64,000 nt of DNA from Antedon mediterranea (lineage: Eukaryota; Animalia; Echinodermata). Location of the stretch: contig NC_092678.1 in NCBI RefSeq assembly GCF_964355755.1, positions 17,935,365-17,999,364 of the forward strand. Reading direction: 5' to 3'. The position numbers were made by a program, and so were the translations under genes. Shown here one piece after another: positions 13,712 through 26,399 of the stretch; position 1 is the first letter of the stretch; the number at the start of each line of letters is the position of its first letter. The notes under the pieces are model-generated. The model was not told the DNA's origin and did not search any database. It saw nothing but the letters and a program-made list of their open reading frames with translations.

Positions 13712-14887
13712 CTAAAAGAATAAAGAAATTAGGACATTAATTCTATTAATTAATATATGTTTTCATAGTGAAAATGGCATTAAGTGATACACATAAACTT
13801 GCTAGAACACCATGAATTACACCTTTATAGTTGAGAACACCTAAGAGAATAAAGAAATTAGGACATTAATTCTATTAATTAATATATGTTTTCATAGTGA
13901 AAATGGCATTAAGTGATACACATAAACTTGCTAGAACACCATGAATTACACCTTTATAGTTGAGAACACCTAAGAGAATAAAGAAATTAGGACATTAATT
14001 CTATTAATTAATATATGTTTTCATAGTGAAAATGGCATTAAGTGATACACATAAACTTGCTAGAACCCCATGAATTACACCTTTATAGTTGAGAACACCT
14101 AAAAGAATAAAGAAATTAGGACATTAATTCTATTAATTAATATATGTTTTCATAGTGAAAATGGCATTAAGTGATACACATAAACTTGCTAGAACACCAT
14201 GAATTACACCTTTATAGTTGAGAACACCTAAAAGAATAAAGAAATTAGGACATTAATTCTATAAATTAATCTATGTTTTCATAGTGAAAATAGCATTAAG
14301 TGATACACATAAACTTGCTAGAACACCATAAATTACTCCTTTATAGTTGAGAACACCTAAAAGAATAAAGAAATTAGGACATTAATTCTATTAATTAATC
14401 TATGTTTTCTTAGTGAAAATAGCATTAAGTGATACACATAAACTTGCTAGAACACCATGAATTACTCCTTTATAGTTGAGAACACCTAAAAGAATAAAGA
14501 AATTAGGACATTAATTCTATTAATTAATCTATGTTTTCTTAGTGAAAATAGCATTAAGTGATACACATAAACTTGCTAGAACACCATAAATTACTCCTTT
14601 ATAGTTGAGAACACCTAAAAGAATAAAGAAATTAGGACATTAATTCTATTAATTAATCTATGTTTTCTTAGTGAAAATGGCATTTTAAGTGATACACATA
14701 AACTTGCTAGAACACCATAAATTACTCCTTTATAGTTGAGAACACCTAAAAGAATAAAGAAATTAGGACATTAATTCTATTAATTAATATATGTTTTCTT
14801 AGTGAAAATAGCATTAAGTGATACACATAAACTTGCTAGAACACCATAAATTACTCCTTTATAGTTGAGAACACCTAAAAGAATAAA
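13630..14887 (-). repeat. 129-bp tandem array (10 copies) comprising the intron-5 3' end, splice acceptor and first ~82 nt of SLC35C1 exon 6
   Basis: Exon-start-equivalent positions at 13711, 13840, 13969, 14098, 14227, 14356, 14485, 14614, 14745, 14874. Confidence 0.95.
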
Positions 14888-14934
14888 TGTGTACGCATGT
14901 GCATTTTGTGTGTAATGGATGTATAAATACGTAC

Positions 14935-15043
14935 CAGTGATTCCTTCTTGATCAACACCAAGTACAAAGCCACCAATGATTGTAATACAACACAATAGTG
15001 CTGACTTTGAGGTTGTCTGCTTTAATATAAGATATGACATCAC
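14935..15043 (-). CDS. SLC35C1: GDP-fucose transporter 1, coding exon 5
   Basis: ctAG|[36 protein letters not shown](G)|GTACGT; 109 nt. Confidence 0.95.
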
Positions 15044-15801
15044 CTAGATGAAAACAATTAAAATTGTCAAGTAGGGGTTCTTTTTTTTTCACAAAAAGGG
15101 GCAAGAGCAAGCGTAAGCAACTAAAGATAGATTTCAAGGCTTAGTTTTTAGTAGATGCAAATAATTTGCCTGCTGGCTAGGTATGTAGAATTGGCCATAA
15201 CATTGTAATAAGTTAGGCCTATTTTCTAGTACTTTGCTGCTAGTCTCAAGCTTGAAAAGGGAACTTTAACGCAGCCGGAGAGACCAATGAAGTGGTAACA
15301 AATGTGACGCACCTAATTCATTCATTAAAAAAACATTTATTTGTTCAACAATGGCATATTTTTTAACAGTATAATGAGGCACTATACCGATTATAAGAGA
15401 CTCTGTATAATAGGCCTAATATTTTTCACCTCTTTTTAAGTAAATACTACTCAATATAATGTCTTTAGTACATTAGGCGTGTTCATATCATGATTTAAAA
15501 ACCATGATCTAATTATCATAAGAAAGTTCAGCCCACTATAAGACAAACCATTCACATTGAAATAATTTCAAGATATATTTATGCTAATGAGGTGTTTTGT
15601 TGCATAAAATCGGGGCCAATACGTTTGCGCGCAACATTAAATCAAATGCCGATTAGTTGGTACTATCTTATGAATTAATTATGTTAAAGATAGGTTAATC
15701 ATGTTTCTCCAGCGTTCACATAAATTACTTGTTTGATCATGATCAGTGATCATGATCAACGGTCAATGTGAACCTTCCTGTACGGTCAATTTTCCACTTA
15801 C

Positions 15802-15918
15802 CACATTAAACACAGTTGTAAGAGATCTGCCAACATTGTAAAAAGCAACTCCAACATATTTTAAACAAAGATTATTAAATACAATCATACCAACAAATAC
15901 AATGGAAAGAGGTAAAAC
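15802..15918 (-). CDS. SLC35C1: GDP-fucose transporter 1, coding exon 4
   Basis: cAG|[39 protein letters not shown]|GTAAGT; 117 nt; highly conserved SLC35C1 segment. Confidence 0.97.
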
Positions 15919-16437
15919 CTGTAAAAAAAAACAATAATGGTAAAAATATTGAAATAGTATATTATTATTAGTATATTTACTATTTAAACTCTGGGCTCCC
16001 AATATTTATGTATGAACGAACATGAAAAGGTTTGGTCCCGATGGGCAACCAAGTAAAATCCAGTTAAATACAACTGTTGTACGCGGCAATCTCAATAAGA
16101 TGTTTGATCAGTAGTGTGTAGTAAATCATAAGATAAAATCTGGTGCAGCTTGTTACAAGTTAAAGATGTATTGTCCCTTGAAACACAAAAAAATGAAGGT
16201 CAAAATATTCTAAATTTAAACTGGCCATATCAAAGTAATATTAAAGTTATTCACTTTAAGTAGAAAATTCGAGCCAAAAACAACAAGTTTACGTAATTAA
16301 CAGTTAAATTAATTTGATTACATTTTGTCTGGAAAATCGTAGAGAGCGAAAGTAAACAAAGATTTTAAACCACGAGTATGCATTATGCATGATGATTGTT
16401 TACAACTCGTCACGGTTGAGAAGGTGTTCTCGCACAG

Positions 16438-19400
16438 TAGTAGAGCAGTTAACGCCATAAAAATAGCCAAGTTGTGCACTTTATTACCAAAGCATGAAAC
16501 TTGCCACAAAGTTTCTTTGATGTGTATAGATTCAAAATATCGGGGGGTGCCAAGTGTCCAACGTCCGGTATGGCGGCCATCTTGATTTCAAAATGGCCAC
16601 CATAAAAACAAAAAGTGTTCATATCTTGGCAACTATAAACAGTAGAGACTTGATTCTGGTGTTAAATTGTTCACAAACCACATATTTCTATTTGCTCTAA
16701 TGAAAAGTTTCGTAAAAAAATGACCGGAAATGACGTTTCTTCCAGCTTGACCTTTGACCTCTTATCTGTATATCTCGGTAACTACTGATCATTTTCAATC
16801 GATTTTGGTGTCATTTTGTTCAGAATAGAGACATTTATATTTGTAGTAATGAAACATTTTCACATAAAATGACTGGAAATACAATTTATAACCTTTGACA
16901 TATATAATTATGTGAACATATTGTATGTGGTTTACATTGATATAATGCACTTAATTTTTTTTACCGAAATAAATGACACTTAATAAAAAAATGACCAGGA
17001 ATTATTCTGAATTTTTTACTTTTGATGTGATAGGATAGGCGTAAAGTATGACAGATCACTGAGAAACATCAATCACTGAGCTCATCTATGCCGACTTGTT
17101 TGCTAAACTGTGATGTGTCAATCGTTAGATAAAAGTTTTGGTCCTCTCTCCTCCTTCATCTTTTCTTTTTTTTTTTGTAATGTATTATACCATATGGACA
17201 ATTGTCTGAAATAAAAGTTGAATTGAATTGTTAGATGCCATTTGGAAATATTTTTTCGTTGGCCTCTTTGATGTTGCATATGAGACAAGTTCGGAAAGTT
17301 CTCATTTTCACGAGTTAAGAGAACACCGTCTTTCAAAGTACTTACTACAAACTTATCCTGCATTTGTGCAGTAGACCTACTTTCATTAGTCCGAAACTCA
17401 GATAATTCTTGTTCATTTTCGTTGCATCTAAAAAAATGTACTCCATTTTTATGGTAATGGGCCTTTGCTGTAAACCATCTGAATCCTTTTCCTCGATTTT
17501 CTCTAGTCATTGATTTTTTAGCAAAATCCGAACCAAATCAATTCGTAAAAGACATCTCAATATAATTATTCAAGTAATCCTCAAATTAGTGACATGGACC
17601 TACAATATACTGTTCTGTACAAGACCTTTTTAGGCATCCACCTGTGGACTTTCACTTTGAAGGTCTTGGTCTCCTAATCATACAAGAAACAATGTCTGAT
17701 TTAATCAATCATAGTAGTGGGTCCAGACAAAGAAGGGGGTGTAAGACCATCCACAGACAAAGAAGGGGGTATAAGACCATCCACAGACAAAGAAGGGGGT
17801 ATAAGACCATCCACAGACAAAGAAGGGGGTATAAGACCATCCACAGACAAAGAAGGGGGTGTAAGACCATCCACAGACAAAGAAGGGGGTGTACGACCAT
17901 CCACACACAAAGAAGGGGGTATAAGACCATCCACAGACAAAGAAAGGGGTGTAAGGCCATCTACAGACAAAGAAGGGGGTGTAGGACCATCCACAGACAA
18001 AGAAGGGGGTGTAAGACCATCCACAGACAAAGAAGGGGGTGTAAGACCATCCACAGACAAAGAAGGGTGTAGGACCATCCACAGACAAAGAAGGGGGTGT
18101 AGGACTATCCACAGACAAAGAAGAGGGTGTAAGACCATCCACTGACAAAGAAAGTGGTATAGGACCACTTACAGACAAAGAAGGGGATATAAGACCATCC
18201 ACAGACAAAGAAGGGGGTATAAGACCATCCACAGACAAAGAAGGGGGTGTAGGACCATCCACAGACAAAGAAGGGGGTGTAAGACCGTCCACAGACAAAG
18301 AAGGGGATGTAAGACCATCCACAGACAAAGAAGTGGGTATAAGACCATCCACAGACAAAGAAGGGGGTATAAGACCATCCACAGACAAATAAGGGGTATA
18401 AGACCATCCACAGACAAAGAAGGGGGTATAAGACCATCCACAGAGAAAGAAGGGGTGTAAGACCATCCACAGACAAAGAAAGGGTGTAAGACCATCCACA
18501 CACAAAGAAAGGGGTGCAAGACCATCCACACACAAAAAAAAGGGTGTAATACCATCAACAGACAAAGAAAGGGGGTATAAGACCATCCACAGACAAAGAA
18601 GGGGGTATAAGACCATCCACAGACAAAGAAGGGGTGTAAGACCATCTACAGACAAAGAAAGGGGTGTAAGACCATCCACACACAAATAAAGGGGTGTAAG
18701 ACCGTCCACAGACAAAGAAGGGGATGTAAGACCATCCACAGACAAAGAAGTGGGTATAAGACCATCCACAGACAAAGAAGTGGGTATAAGACCATCCACA
18801 GACAAAAAAGGGGGTGTAGGACCATCCACAGACAATTCAGGGGGTATAAGACCATCCACAGACAAAGAAGGGGGTATAAGACTATCTATAGACAAAGAAG
18901 GAGGGGTAGGATCATATTAACCGAGGAAGCATACAAAAAGAAGATGCAATCAAAATAGGCCTACCACTTGGAAAACAATAAATTGTAGAATAACTGAGGC
19001 TTGATTGTTGAAATATAAAGGGTTCTTTGTAAGGTCATTAATAATATATTGATATAAACACGATCATCATACTATTCATTTGACATTCAAATACAGTCTA
19101 TCTCGAAAAGAAGCTCATGAATACTATCACCTTTTCGAGGTTTTACGGTATTCCATAACATGTATCTTAATTCCTCTGTCAAACTATTAAAACTTTTAGC
19201 GAATCAGAAGGTGCCAACATCATTGAACTAATGGTACCACCCAGCACATTGTTTACCAATTTTATGTAACATATACAATTTAAGTCCATTAATTATTTAA
19301 TATAATTACGCCTATCAGGTCAAAGTTCAAAATTAGATGCATTTAAGACCAACACAAACCCACATACAGTATATTCACATAATTAAAAATCAATAAATAA

Positions 19401-19854
19401 ATGTCAAAGGTCATAAATTGTATTTCCGGTCATTTTATGTGAAAATGTTTCATTACTACAAATATAAATGTATTTATTCTGAACAAAATGACACCAAAAT
19501 CGATTGAAAATGACCAGTAGTTACAGAGATATACAAATACGAGGTCAAAGGTCAAACTGAAAGAAACGTCATTTCCGGTCATTTTTTGAAAAAAATTTTC
19601 ATTAGAGCAAATAGCAATATATAGTTTGTGAACAATTTGAGACCAGAATTAAGTCTCTAATGTGTATAGTTGCCAAGATATGAACATTTTTTGTTTTTAT
19701 GGTGGCCATTTTGAAATCAAGATGGCCGCCATACCGGACGTTGGACACTTGGCACCCCCTGATATTTTGAATCTATATATATTAAAGAAACTTTGTGCCA
19801 AGTTTCATGCTTTGGTAATAAAATGCACAGCTCATGTCACTAACTGCTCTACTA
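16438..19854. mobile_element. Academ-like DNA transposon derivative with ~500-bp TIRs in SLC35C1 intron 3
   Basis: CAG|TAGTAGAGCAGTTA ... TAACTGCTCTACTA|CAG, giving a 3-bp TSD and TAG termini. Arm 16438-~16930 is the reverse complement of ~19365-19854. A decayed internal ORF (17118-17510, AHYHKN) may be a transposase remnant. Confidence 0.8.
17722..18912. repeat. 30-bp minisatellite (~40 copies) inside the Academ-like element
   Basis: Unit TAAGACCATCCACAGACAAAGAAGGGGGT(G/A). It explains all ORFs called at 17644-18895. Confidence 0.95.
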
Positions 19855-20265
19855 CAGATCGCGAGGAAGTTTTACGATTATGCATACAGGGTATAGCCAA
19901 ACAAGCGCGTTGCATTATGAGATATGTTTTGATACTGGAAGTCAAAGTTATTTTTTGAACAAAAAAACGTCTGTATTCCAGTTAAATTATTTTTTTTTTT
20001 CCGACAAATTTTTGGTGAAAGTTAATAACTATTATGATACTTCAAAATGACGCACTTTTTTTCAAAATTTTTTATTTTTTATTTTTTTGGAATTAGTCAA
20101 AGGGACAATACAGCAGTGTGAAAAGGGTATATAAACAGTACGTGGCAACATTAGGAGAAAAGGGACAATGAATGAATTATTTTGAGCAGAAAGTGGAATG
20201 TCATTATTATTATTACAAAATTAGACAGTTTGCAATAATGCTGAAATATGTGTTTATACATTTAC

Positions 20266-20406
20266 CTCTCTCGTCGTACGGTAATCAAACCGAAGCTTTG
20301 GAAACGTGATCATGCCTGGAAACATACGTCCCAAACAACTGAGCAGGTAACAAAGTAGAATCGTAACCACACATTGGTAACAAGTGATAAATAGGGGTGC
20401 ATTCAA
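20266..20406 (-). CDS. SLC35C1: GDP-fucose transporter 1, coding exon 3
   Basis: ttcAG|LNAPLFITCYQCVVTILLCYLLSCLGRMFPGMITFPKLRFDYRTTRE|GTAAAT; 141 nt, phase 0/0. Not in the ORF track in this frame. Confidence 0.93.
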
Positions 20407-20976
20407 CTGAAAATATAATAAATACAATGTGTAAATAAAGAATTACCTGTGACTTGCAGCCTACTGGGCTGAATTGAGCATAGTGGAGGACAAACTCCAC
20501 AACTTTCTACTCTTCTAAGGATCCCTTCGTGTCGAGTGATGCAAGCAAATGGAATGAATGGATGGACCAAAGGTAACCCCTTACTATTTTGAAAGATGTA
20601 CTGGGTTCTTTAAAATGCACACGAGCCAGATATGGTTTTTTTTTTTCCATATTTAATGAGGATAATCCATCCAGCAATTGCTGATCATAAGAGGTTCACA
20701 AGACAAACATATACACAAGATGCTCTACATAAAAAAAAGTCTTATTACAAGACTTGGCAGTGGAGTTGTAATTTTGTCCTTAGAAAAAATCTTGACATGT
20801 GGCATGTCATGATTTGCTATCTTGGAGTGGTAGCCCAGCATCATAACCACCAAGCCACAGCTCAACTCCTAATGTAGGTATGCTAATCAAAGAGCATATT
20901 ATTTGGAGCAGAGATCTTCCATAGAGGGTGTCCTAAATATAAAGTTTAATCAAATTATTTCTTTTATTCCGACATA

Positions 20977-21210
20977 CTGTGTAGAACCGCTCCTTTGGGA
21001 CACCCCCATTAAGAGGACACTTTCCCATGTAACAAATGACGGAAAGAATTAATTTACACTACAGTTGACCAACCCTTCTTTGGGGGGACACCCCTATGAA
21101 ACGAACGAGGGAAAATATTATAACACCAAAGCCAGCTCCTATTCAAAGGGCATCACTATTAGTGGCGCATTTTGTAAGGTCTAGTAAGTGTCCCCTTAAT
21201 AGAGGTTCTA
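20977..21210. mobile_element. Decayed Tc1/pogo-type MITE
   Basis: GAACC.CTC..TTGGGACACC / GTGTCCCCTTAATAGAGGTTC inverted motifs. Similar fragment near 62485-62520. Confidence 0.45.
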
Positions 21211-21224
21211 TAAACATTGAATAC

Positions 21225-21285
21225 CTTAAGATCTTCACTGCTAAGCAGGTATTTATTGAGAAATACAAGGGATATTGAAATAAAC
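21225..21285 (-). CDS. SLC35C1: GDP-fucose transporter 1, coding exon 2
   Basis: aacAG|(G)FISISLVFLNKYLLSSEDLK|GTATTC; 61 nt; completes the split Trp codon of exon 1. Confidence 0.95.
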
Positions 21286-22141
21286 CTGTTGAGAACAATC
21301 AAGGAAAAATAAGTCATTACATAAATCATATAAAATACTGTATACAGTAGTAGATCTATAAAGTCGAACAACAACCTTTATAATAACTTACTGTGACTAT
21401 AATTAAATACATATTTCCTTTTATTTATATACAGTCTGCCTTTTTTGGGCCTAATTAAAAAGTTATTAATTATGCCTATGCCTGTTAATTATTATTATTA
21501 TTATTAATATTAGCCTAGGCCTAGGACCAAACATTTGATCTCAAAATATTAAGTTGTAAATGTTTATATTGTTTATTTAATGCAGCTTATTCTTAATTGG
21601 TGTATCCCATTATAACTTTGTTTTGTTTTTAATTAATTTTTACTAGGCCTACTTTAGTTTTGTTATTTGTTAATGTAATATTTTTGTATTTTATAATAAT
21701 GATGGGAGTTAGAGTTAGTTTTCTGTTTGGCCTATTATTACTTGCTTCTGGCAAGATAGATGAATTGTAAAGTACTCTTAAGAACTTTTGCCGAATAAAT
21801 ATTAATATTATTAAAAATAAATATAAAAAAATCATAATTAAGAAATACCGGAATGGTGTCCGGCGGGGGATAGTTTATTACCATTAATTAGTTAGGGTCT
21901 AGGCCTAGACCTAGCCTAAATGTAAAGCACCTAGAGGGGTCAGTGATCCATTAGTCGCTAGCTATATAAATATTGTTTATTATTTTTATTATTAATTTAA
22001 AAAAAAACAGAAAGGGCCACCTGTCCTGGCAATCATTGATCAATCAACAATAAGGGTAGGCCTAGGCAGGCCTCTCTAGGCTAGTCTAGTTAAGTTAATA
22101 TAATATTATAGAGCTCAATCATGCATTTTCATTATTGCATC

Positions 22142-23021
22142 TGTTATGCGCGATTTGAACGATTTGCGCAATTTGAAATTGCGCAAAAAAATCCTTGCGC
22201 AATTTGAAATTGCGCAAAGAATTCTTGCGCAATTTAAAATTGCGCAAGGATTTTTTTGCGCAATTTCAAATTGCGCAATCAACTTGCGCAATTTCAAATT
22301 GCGCAAGAAAATCTTTGCGCAATTTTAAATTGCGCTGCACAATTTGTAAATTGCGCAAGATAGTTCTTGCGCAATATGACACCTTTGCGCAATTTGAAAA
22401 CGAACTGTAAATTTTCAAATTGCGCAACAAAATTCTACCAGACAATCGGTATTATAATAATTTATTGGAAACTAAATAACTCAAAATAAAACATAATAAA
22501 TGCGAAGATAACATGTGTATAATAAATACATAACATTTATTATTACAATTAAATAATATTATCACTGTAACTTGAAATAAATCAAAATAAATGTAAAAAT
22601 TAAGTTTTTAATATTAGTTTAAGCTAGGCCATGTAACCTAGTCAGTATCAGTAGTCCAGACCCTAGCTAGGCTAGAGTAGTATAGCCGGCCGCCCGCGCC
22701 GCGCCCGCCTGGTGGAACACCACCGCTTCGTTTTCCTTCGTCGGTTCTTCGACGGTATGCTAACTTATAACAATATTTGCACTACTAAAATAAGGAAATG
22801 CGATATTTATCTTTAATTTTGAATCATTCTTAGAAATTACTATAAAAATATGGGTGTGCATGATTTCACAATCTGTCGAAAAACCTTGCGCAATTTGCAG
22901 ATTACTTGCGCAATTTAATACGTTGCTTGCGCAATTTGAAACACATGTTTCAATTCAAATTGCGCAAGGATTTTTTTTGCGCAATTTCAAATTGCGCAAA
23001 TCGTTCAAATCGCGCATAACA
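22142..23021. mobile_element. Ginger-like foldback MITE (TGT...ACA, 4-bp TSD CATC) with TTGCGCAA palindrome arrays, copy 1
   Basis: CATC|TGTTATGCGCGATTTGAACGATTTGCGCAA ... TTGCGCAAATCGTTCAAATCGCGCATAACA|CATC; TIR ~65 bp. Confidence 0.8.
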
Positions 23022-23264
23022 CATCCAAACCACCGGTCAAGAAGGACACATTATGCCTATATCCATAGTATAGGCCTAGCTAGGCCTCTGTCTAGGCTAA
23101 TGTAATAGGGCAAGCCAGGCTAGGCCTACTAGGTCTAAGGCCTAGCTAGGGATAGCGCTAGCGCAGCCTAGGTAGGTAGGCCAGAACTAGGCTAGCCTAG
23201 TAGGCCTAGCCTACTTCTGAAATTGTAACAACATAGGTCTCGGCCTAGTATAAGTATACATTAC

Positions 23265-23443
23265 CAATATGAAGCTACAGCTAGACCTATTTGTATGTAC
23301 ATCGACCATAAGCTCCCAAAATCTTTACTTTTCGGCTTAGCCATTCTAGCGCCGTAATCCAGTCTTTGATCTCCCTCAGCAGCGGCGGCGAACGATGACA
23401 CATTTTCTAGGCCCAAGGGAAAATTCGATTTTTCTTCTGTCAT
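23265..23443 (-). CDS. SLC35C1: GDP-fucose transporter 1, coding exon 1 (proximal duplicate)
   Basis: MTEEKSNF...SLWSMYIQIGLAVASY(TG)|GTAATG; 179 nt; joins exon 2 in frame (YW-FISISLVFLNKYLL). Confidence 0.88.
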
Positions 23444-25044
23444 GATTTGTTAAAACTTCAAATTGTAATTTAAATTAGTTGATTTAACTGCTTTTTGGAC
23501 ATTTACAGCACGCTGCCACGAACACCAAACAGTCACTATTAACATAATAATAACTGTTTACCTAACCAATGAATGAATATGTTAACAAAAGGTAGAAGTG
23601 TGCACTACATTATACCCCTTTTACAAAATGAGCTGGTCCATTATTGGAGCGTCGTCGTGTACGTCCGGCCGTAGGATCGGAATTGACTCCGCCTCCTGCG
23701 GTCGGACGGTATGGTACCAAATCATATTTAAAATTTAATAAAATTTTTTTAAATACTGTTTTGTTTCAGTAACAGACCCTTTAATTGTTAAAATTCCGGG
23801 AAAGCTAAATTATTATGTTATTTTAATCTTAGTTGGAAACTGATGGTGAAAACTAATTACTGTATAAGTACTGCAAGCTGCCAGCACTGTATTTGAAAAA
23901 AACATTGATAAATACCACAAACACAAACAAACAAAATTAACGTTCATAACATGTATTTAATGGTATCCTCCAAAAACTAATTTGACACTTCTAAAAAAAC
24001 CCTCAACCTCAGAGCATGCTGAATTACTGTAGAGAGCATGGTGCCAACATACACAACGTCGAAAAAGAAGACCATCTCAAAAAGAAGCCCCTCTCTTTGG
24101 TTTGGAAAAATAATCCCGAAAAGAAGCCCAACTGATTGAAATCAAGCCCACTGGGCTTCATTTCAAAATATGCCAGATGCAGACTAAAATGTATGATTCT
24201 CAATCTCATAGATTTTTCATTACATAAATCATATAAAATACTGTATACAGTAGTAGATCTATAAAGTCGAACAACAACCTTTATAATAACTTACTGTGAC
24301 TATAATTAAATACATATTTCCTTTTATTTATATACAGTCTGCCTTTTTTGGGCCTAATTAAAAAGTTATTAATTATGCCTATGCCTGTTAATTATTATTA
24401 TTATTATTAATATTAGCCTAGGCCTAGGACCAAACATTTGATCTCAAAATATTAAGTTGTAAATGTTTATATTGTTTATTTAATGCAGCTTATTCTTAAT
24501 TGGTGTATCCCATTATAACTTTGTTTTGTTTTTAATTAATTTTTACTAGGCCTACTTTAGTTTTGTTATTTGTTAATGTAATATTTTTGTATTTTATAAT
24601 AATGATGGGAGTTAGAGTTAGTTTTCTGTTTGGCCTATTATTACTTGCTTCTGGCAAGATAGATGAATTGTAAAGTACTCTTAAGAACTTTTGCCGAATA
24701 AATATTAATATTATTAAAAATAAATATAAAAAAATCATAATTAAGAAATACCGGAATGGTGTCCGGCGGGGGATAGTTTATTACCATTAATTAGTTAGGG
24801 TCTAGGCCTAGACCTAGCCTAAATGTAAAGCACCTAGAGGGGTCAGTGATCCATTAGTCGCTAGCTATATAAATATTGTTTATTATTTTTATTATTAATT
24901 TAAAAAAAAACAGAAAGGGCCACCTGTCCTGGCAATCATTGATCAATCAACAATAAGGGTAGGCCTAGGCAGGCCTCTCTAGGCTAGTCTAGTTAAGTTA
25001 ATATAATATTATAGAGCTCAATCATGCATTTTCATTATTGCATC

Positions 25045-25924
25045 TGTTATGCGCGATTTGAACGATTTGCGCAATTTGAAATTGCGCAAAAAAATCCTTG
25101 CGCAATTTGAAATTGCGCAAAGAATTCTTGCGCAATTTAAAATTGCGCAAGGATTTTTTTGCGCAATTTCAAATTGCGCAATCAACTTGCGCAATTTCAA
25201 ATTGCGCAAGAAAATCTTTGCGCAATTTTAAATTGCGCTGCACAATTTGTAAATTGCGCAAGATAGTTCTTGCGCAATATGACACCTTTGCGCAATTTGA
25301 AAACGAACTGTAAATTTTCAAATTGCGCAACAAAATTCTACCAGACAATCGGTATTATAATAATTTATTGGAAACTAAATAACTCAAAATAAAACATAAT
25401 AAATGCGAAGATAACATGTGTATAATAAATACATAACATTTATTATTACAATTAAATAATATTATCACTGTAACTTGAAATAAATCAAAATAAATGTAAA
25501 AATTAAGTTTTTAATATTAGTTTAAGCTAGGCCATGTAACCTAGTCAGTATCAGTAGTCCAGACCCTAGCTAGGCTAGAGTAGTATAGCCGGCCGCCCGC
25601 GCCGCGCCCGCCTGGTGGAACACCACCGCTTCGTTTTCCTTCGTCGGTTCTTCGACGGTATGCTAACTTATAACAATATTTGCACTACTAAAATAAGGAA
25701 ATGCGATATTTATCTTTAATTTTGAATCATTCTTAGAAATTACTATAAAAATATGGGTGTGCATGATTTCACAATCTGTCGAAAAACCTTGCGCAATTTG
25801 CAGATTACTTGCGCAATTTAATACGTTGCTTGCGCAATTTGAAACACATGTTTCAATTCAAATTGCGCAAGGATTTTTTTTGCGCAATTTCAAATTGCGC
25901 AAATCGTTCAAATCGCGCATAACA
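25045..25924. mobile_element. Ginger-like foldback MITE, copy 2 (part of the 2,903-bp duplication)
   Basis: Matches 22142-23021, including the CATC TSD. Confidence 0.8.
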
Positions 25925-26167
25925 CATCCAAACCACCGGTCAAGAAGGACACATTATGCCTATATCCATAGTATAGGCCTAGCTAGGCCTCTGTCTAGGC
26001 TAATGTAATAGGGCAAGCCAGGCTAGGCCTACTAGGTCTAAGGCCTAGCTAGGGATAGCGCTAGCGCAGCCTAGGTAGGTAGGCCAGAACTAGGCTAGCC
26101 TAGTAGGCCTAGCCTACTTCTGAAATTGTAACAACATAGGTCTCGGCCTAGTATAAGTATACATTAC

Positions 26168-26346
26168 CAATATGAAGCTACAGCTAGACCTATTTGTATG
26201 TACATCGACCATAAGCTCCCAAAATCTTTACTTTTCGGCTTAGCCATTCTAGCGCCGTAATCCAGTCTTTGATCTCCCTCAGCAGCGGCGGCGAACGATG
26301 ACACATTTTCTAGGCCCAAGGGAAAATTCGATTTTTCTTCTGTCAT
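26168..26346 (-). CDS. SLC35C1: GDP-fucose transporter 1, coding exon 1 (distal duplicate)
   Basis: Same translation as 23265-23443. Spliced CDS 179+61+141+117+109+527 = 1134 nt = 377 aa + stop. Confidence 0.88.
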
Positions 26347-26399
26347 GATTTGTTAAAACTTCAAATTGTAATTTAAATTAGTTGATTTAACTGCTTTTT

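Larger units (their letters stand above)
16160..20112. mobile_element. Kolobok-like (TTAA-flanked) MITE split by the Academ-like insertion; other copies at 45630-45944 and ~53325-53582
   Basis: TTAA|AGATGTATTGTCCC left end at 16160 and a degenerate GGGACAATACA right end at 20102. The same termini and similar subterminal sequence occur at the other two loci. Confidence 0.55.

Noticed and set aside
14780-15043. Single continuous exon through the 60-nt segment 14875-14934
   Set aside because: Read-through inserts 20 non-homologous residues and stops at 14780; the GT..AG boundaries match the expected SLC35C1 alignment.
17644-18895. Long ORFs (up to 396 aa) with PPSLSVDG/HRQRRG repeats
   Set aside because: Products of a 30-bp minisatellite inside a transposon; open in several frames on both strands, with no splice context.
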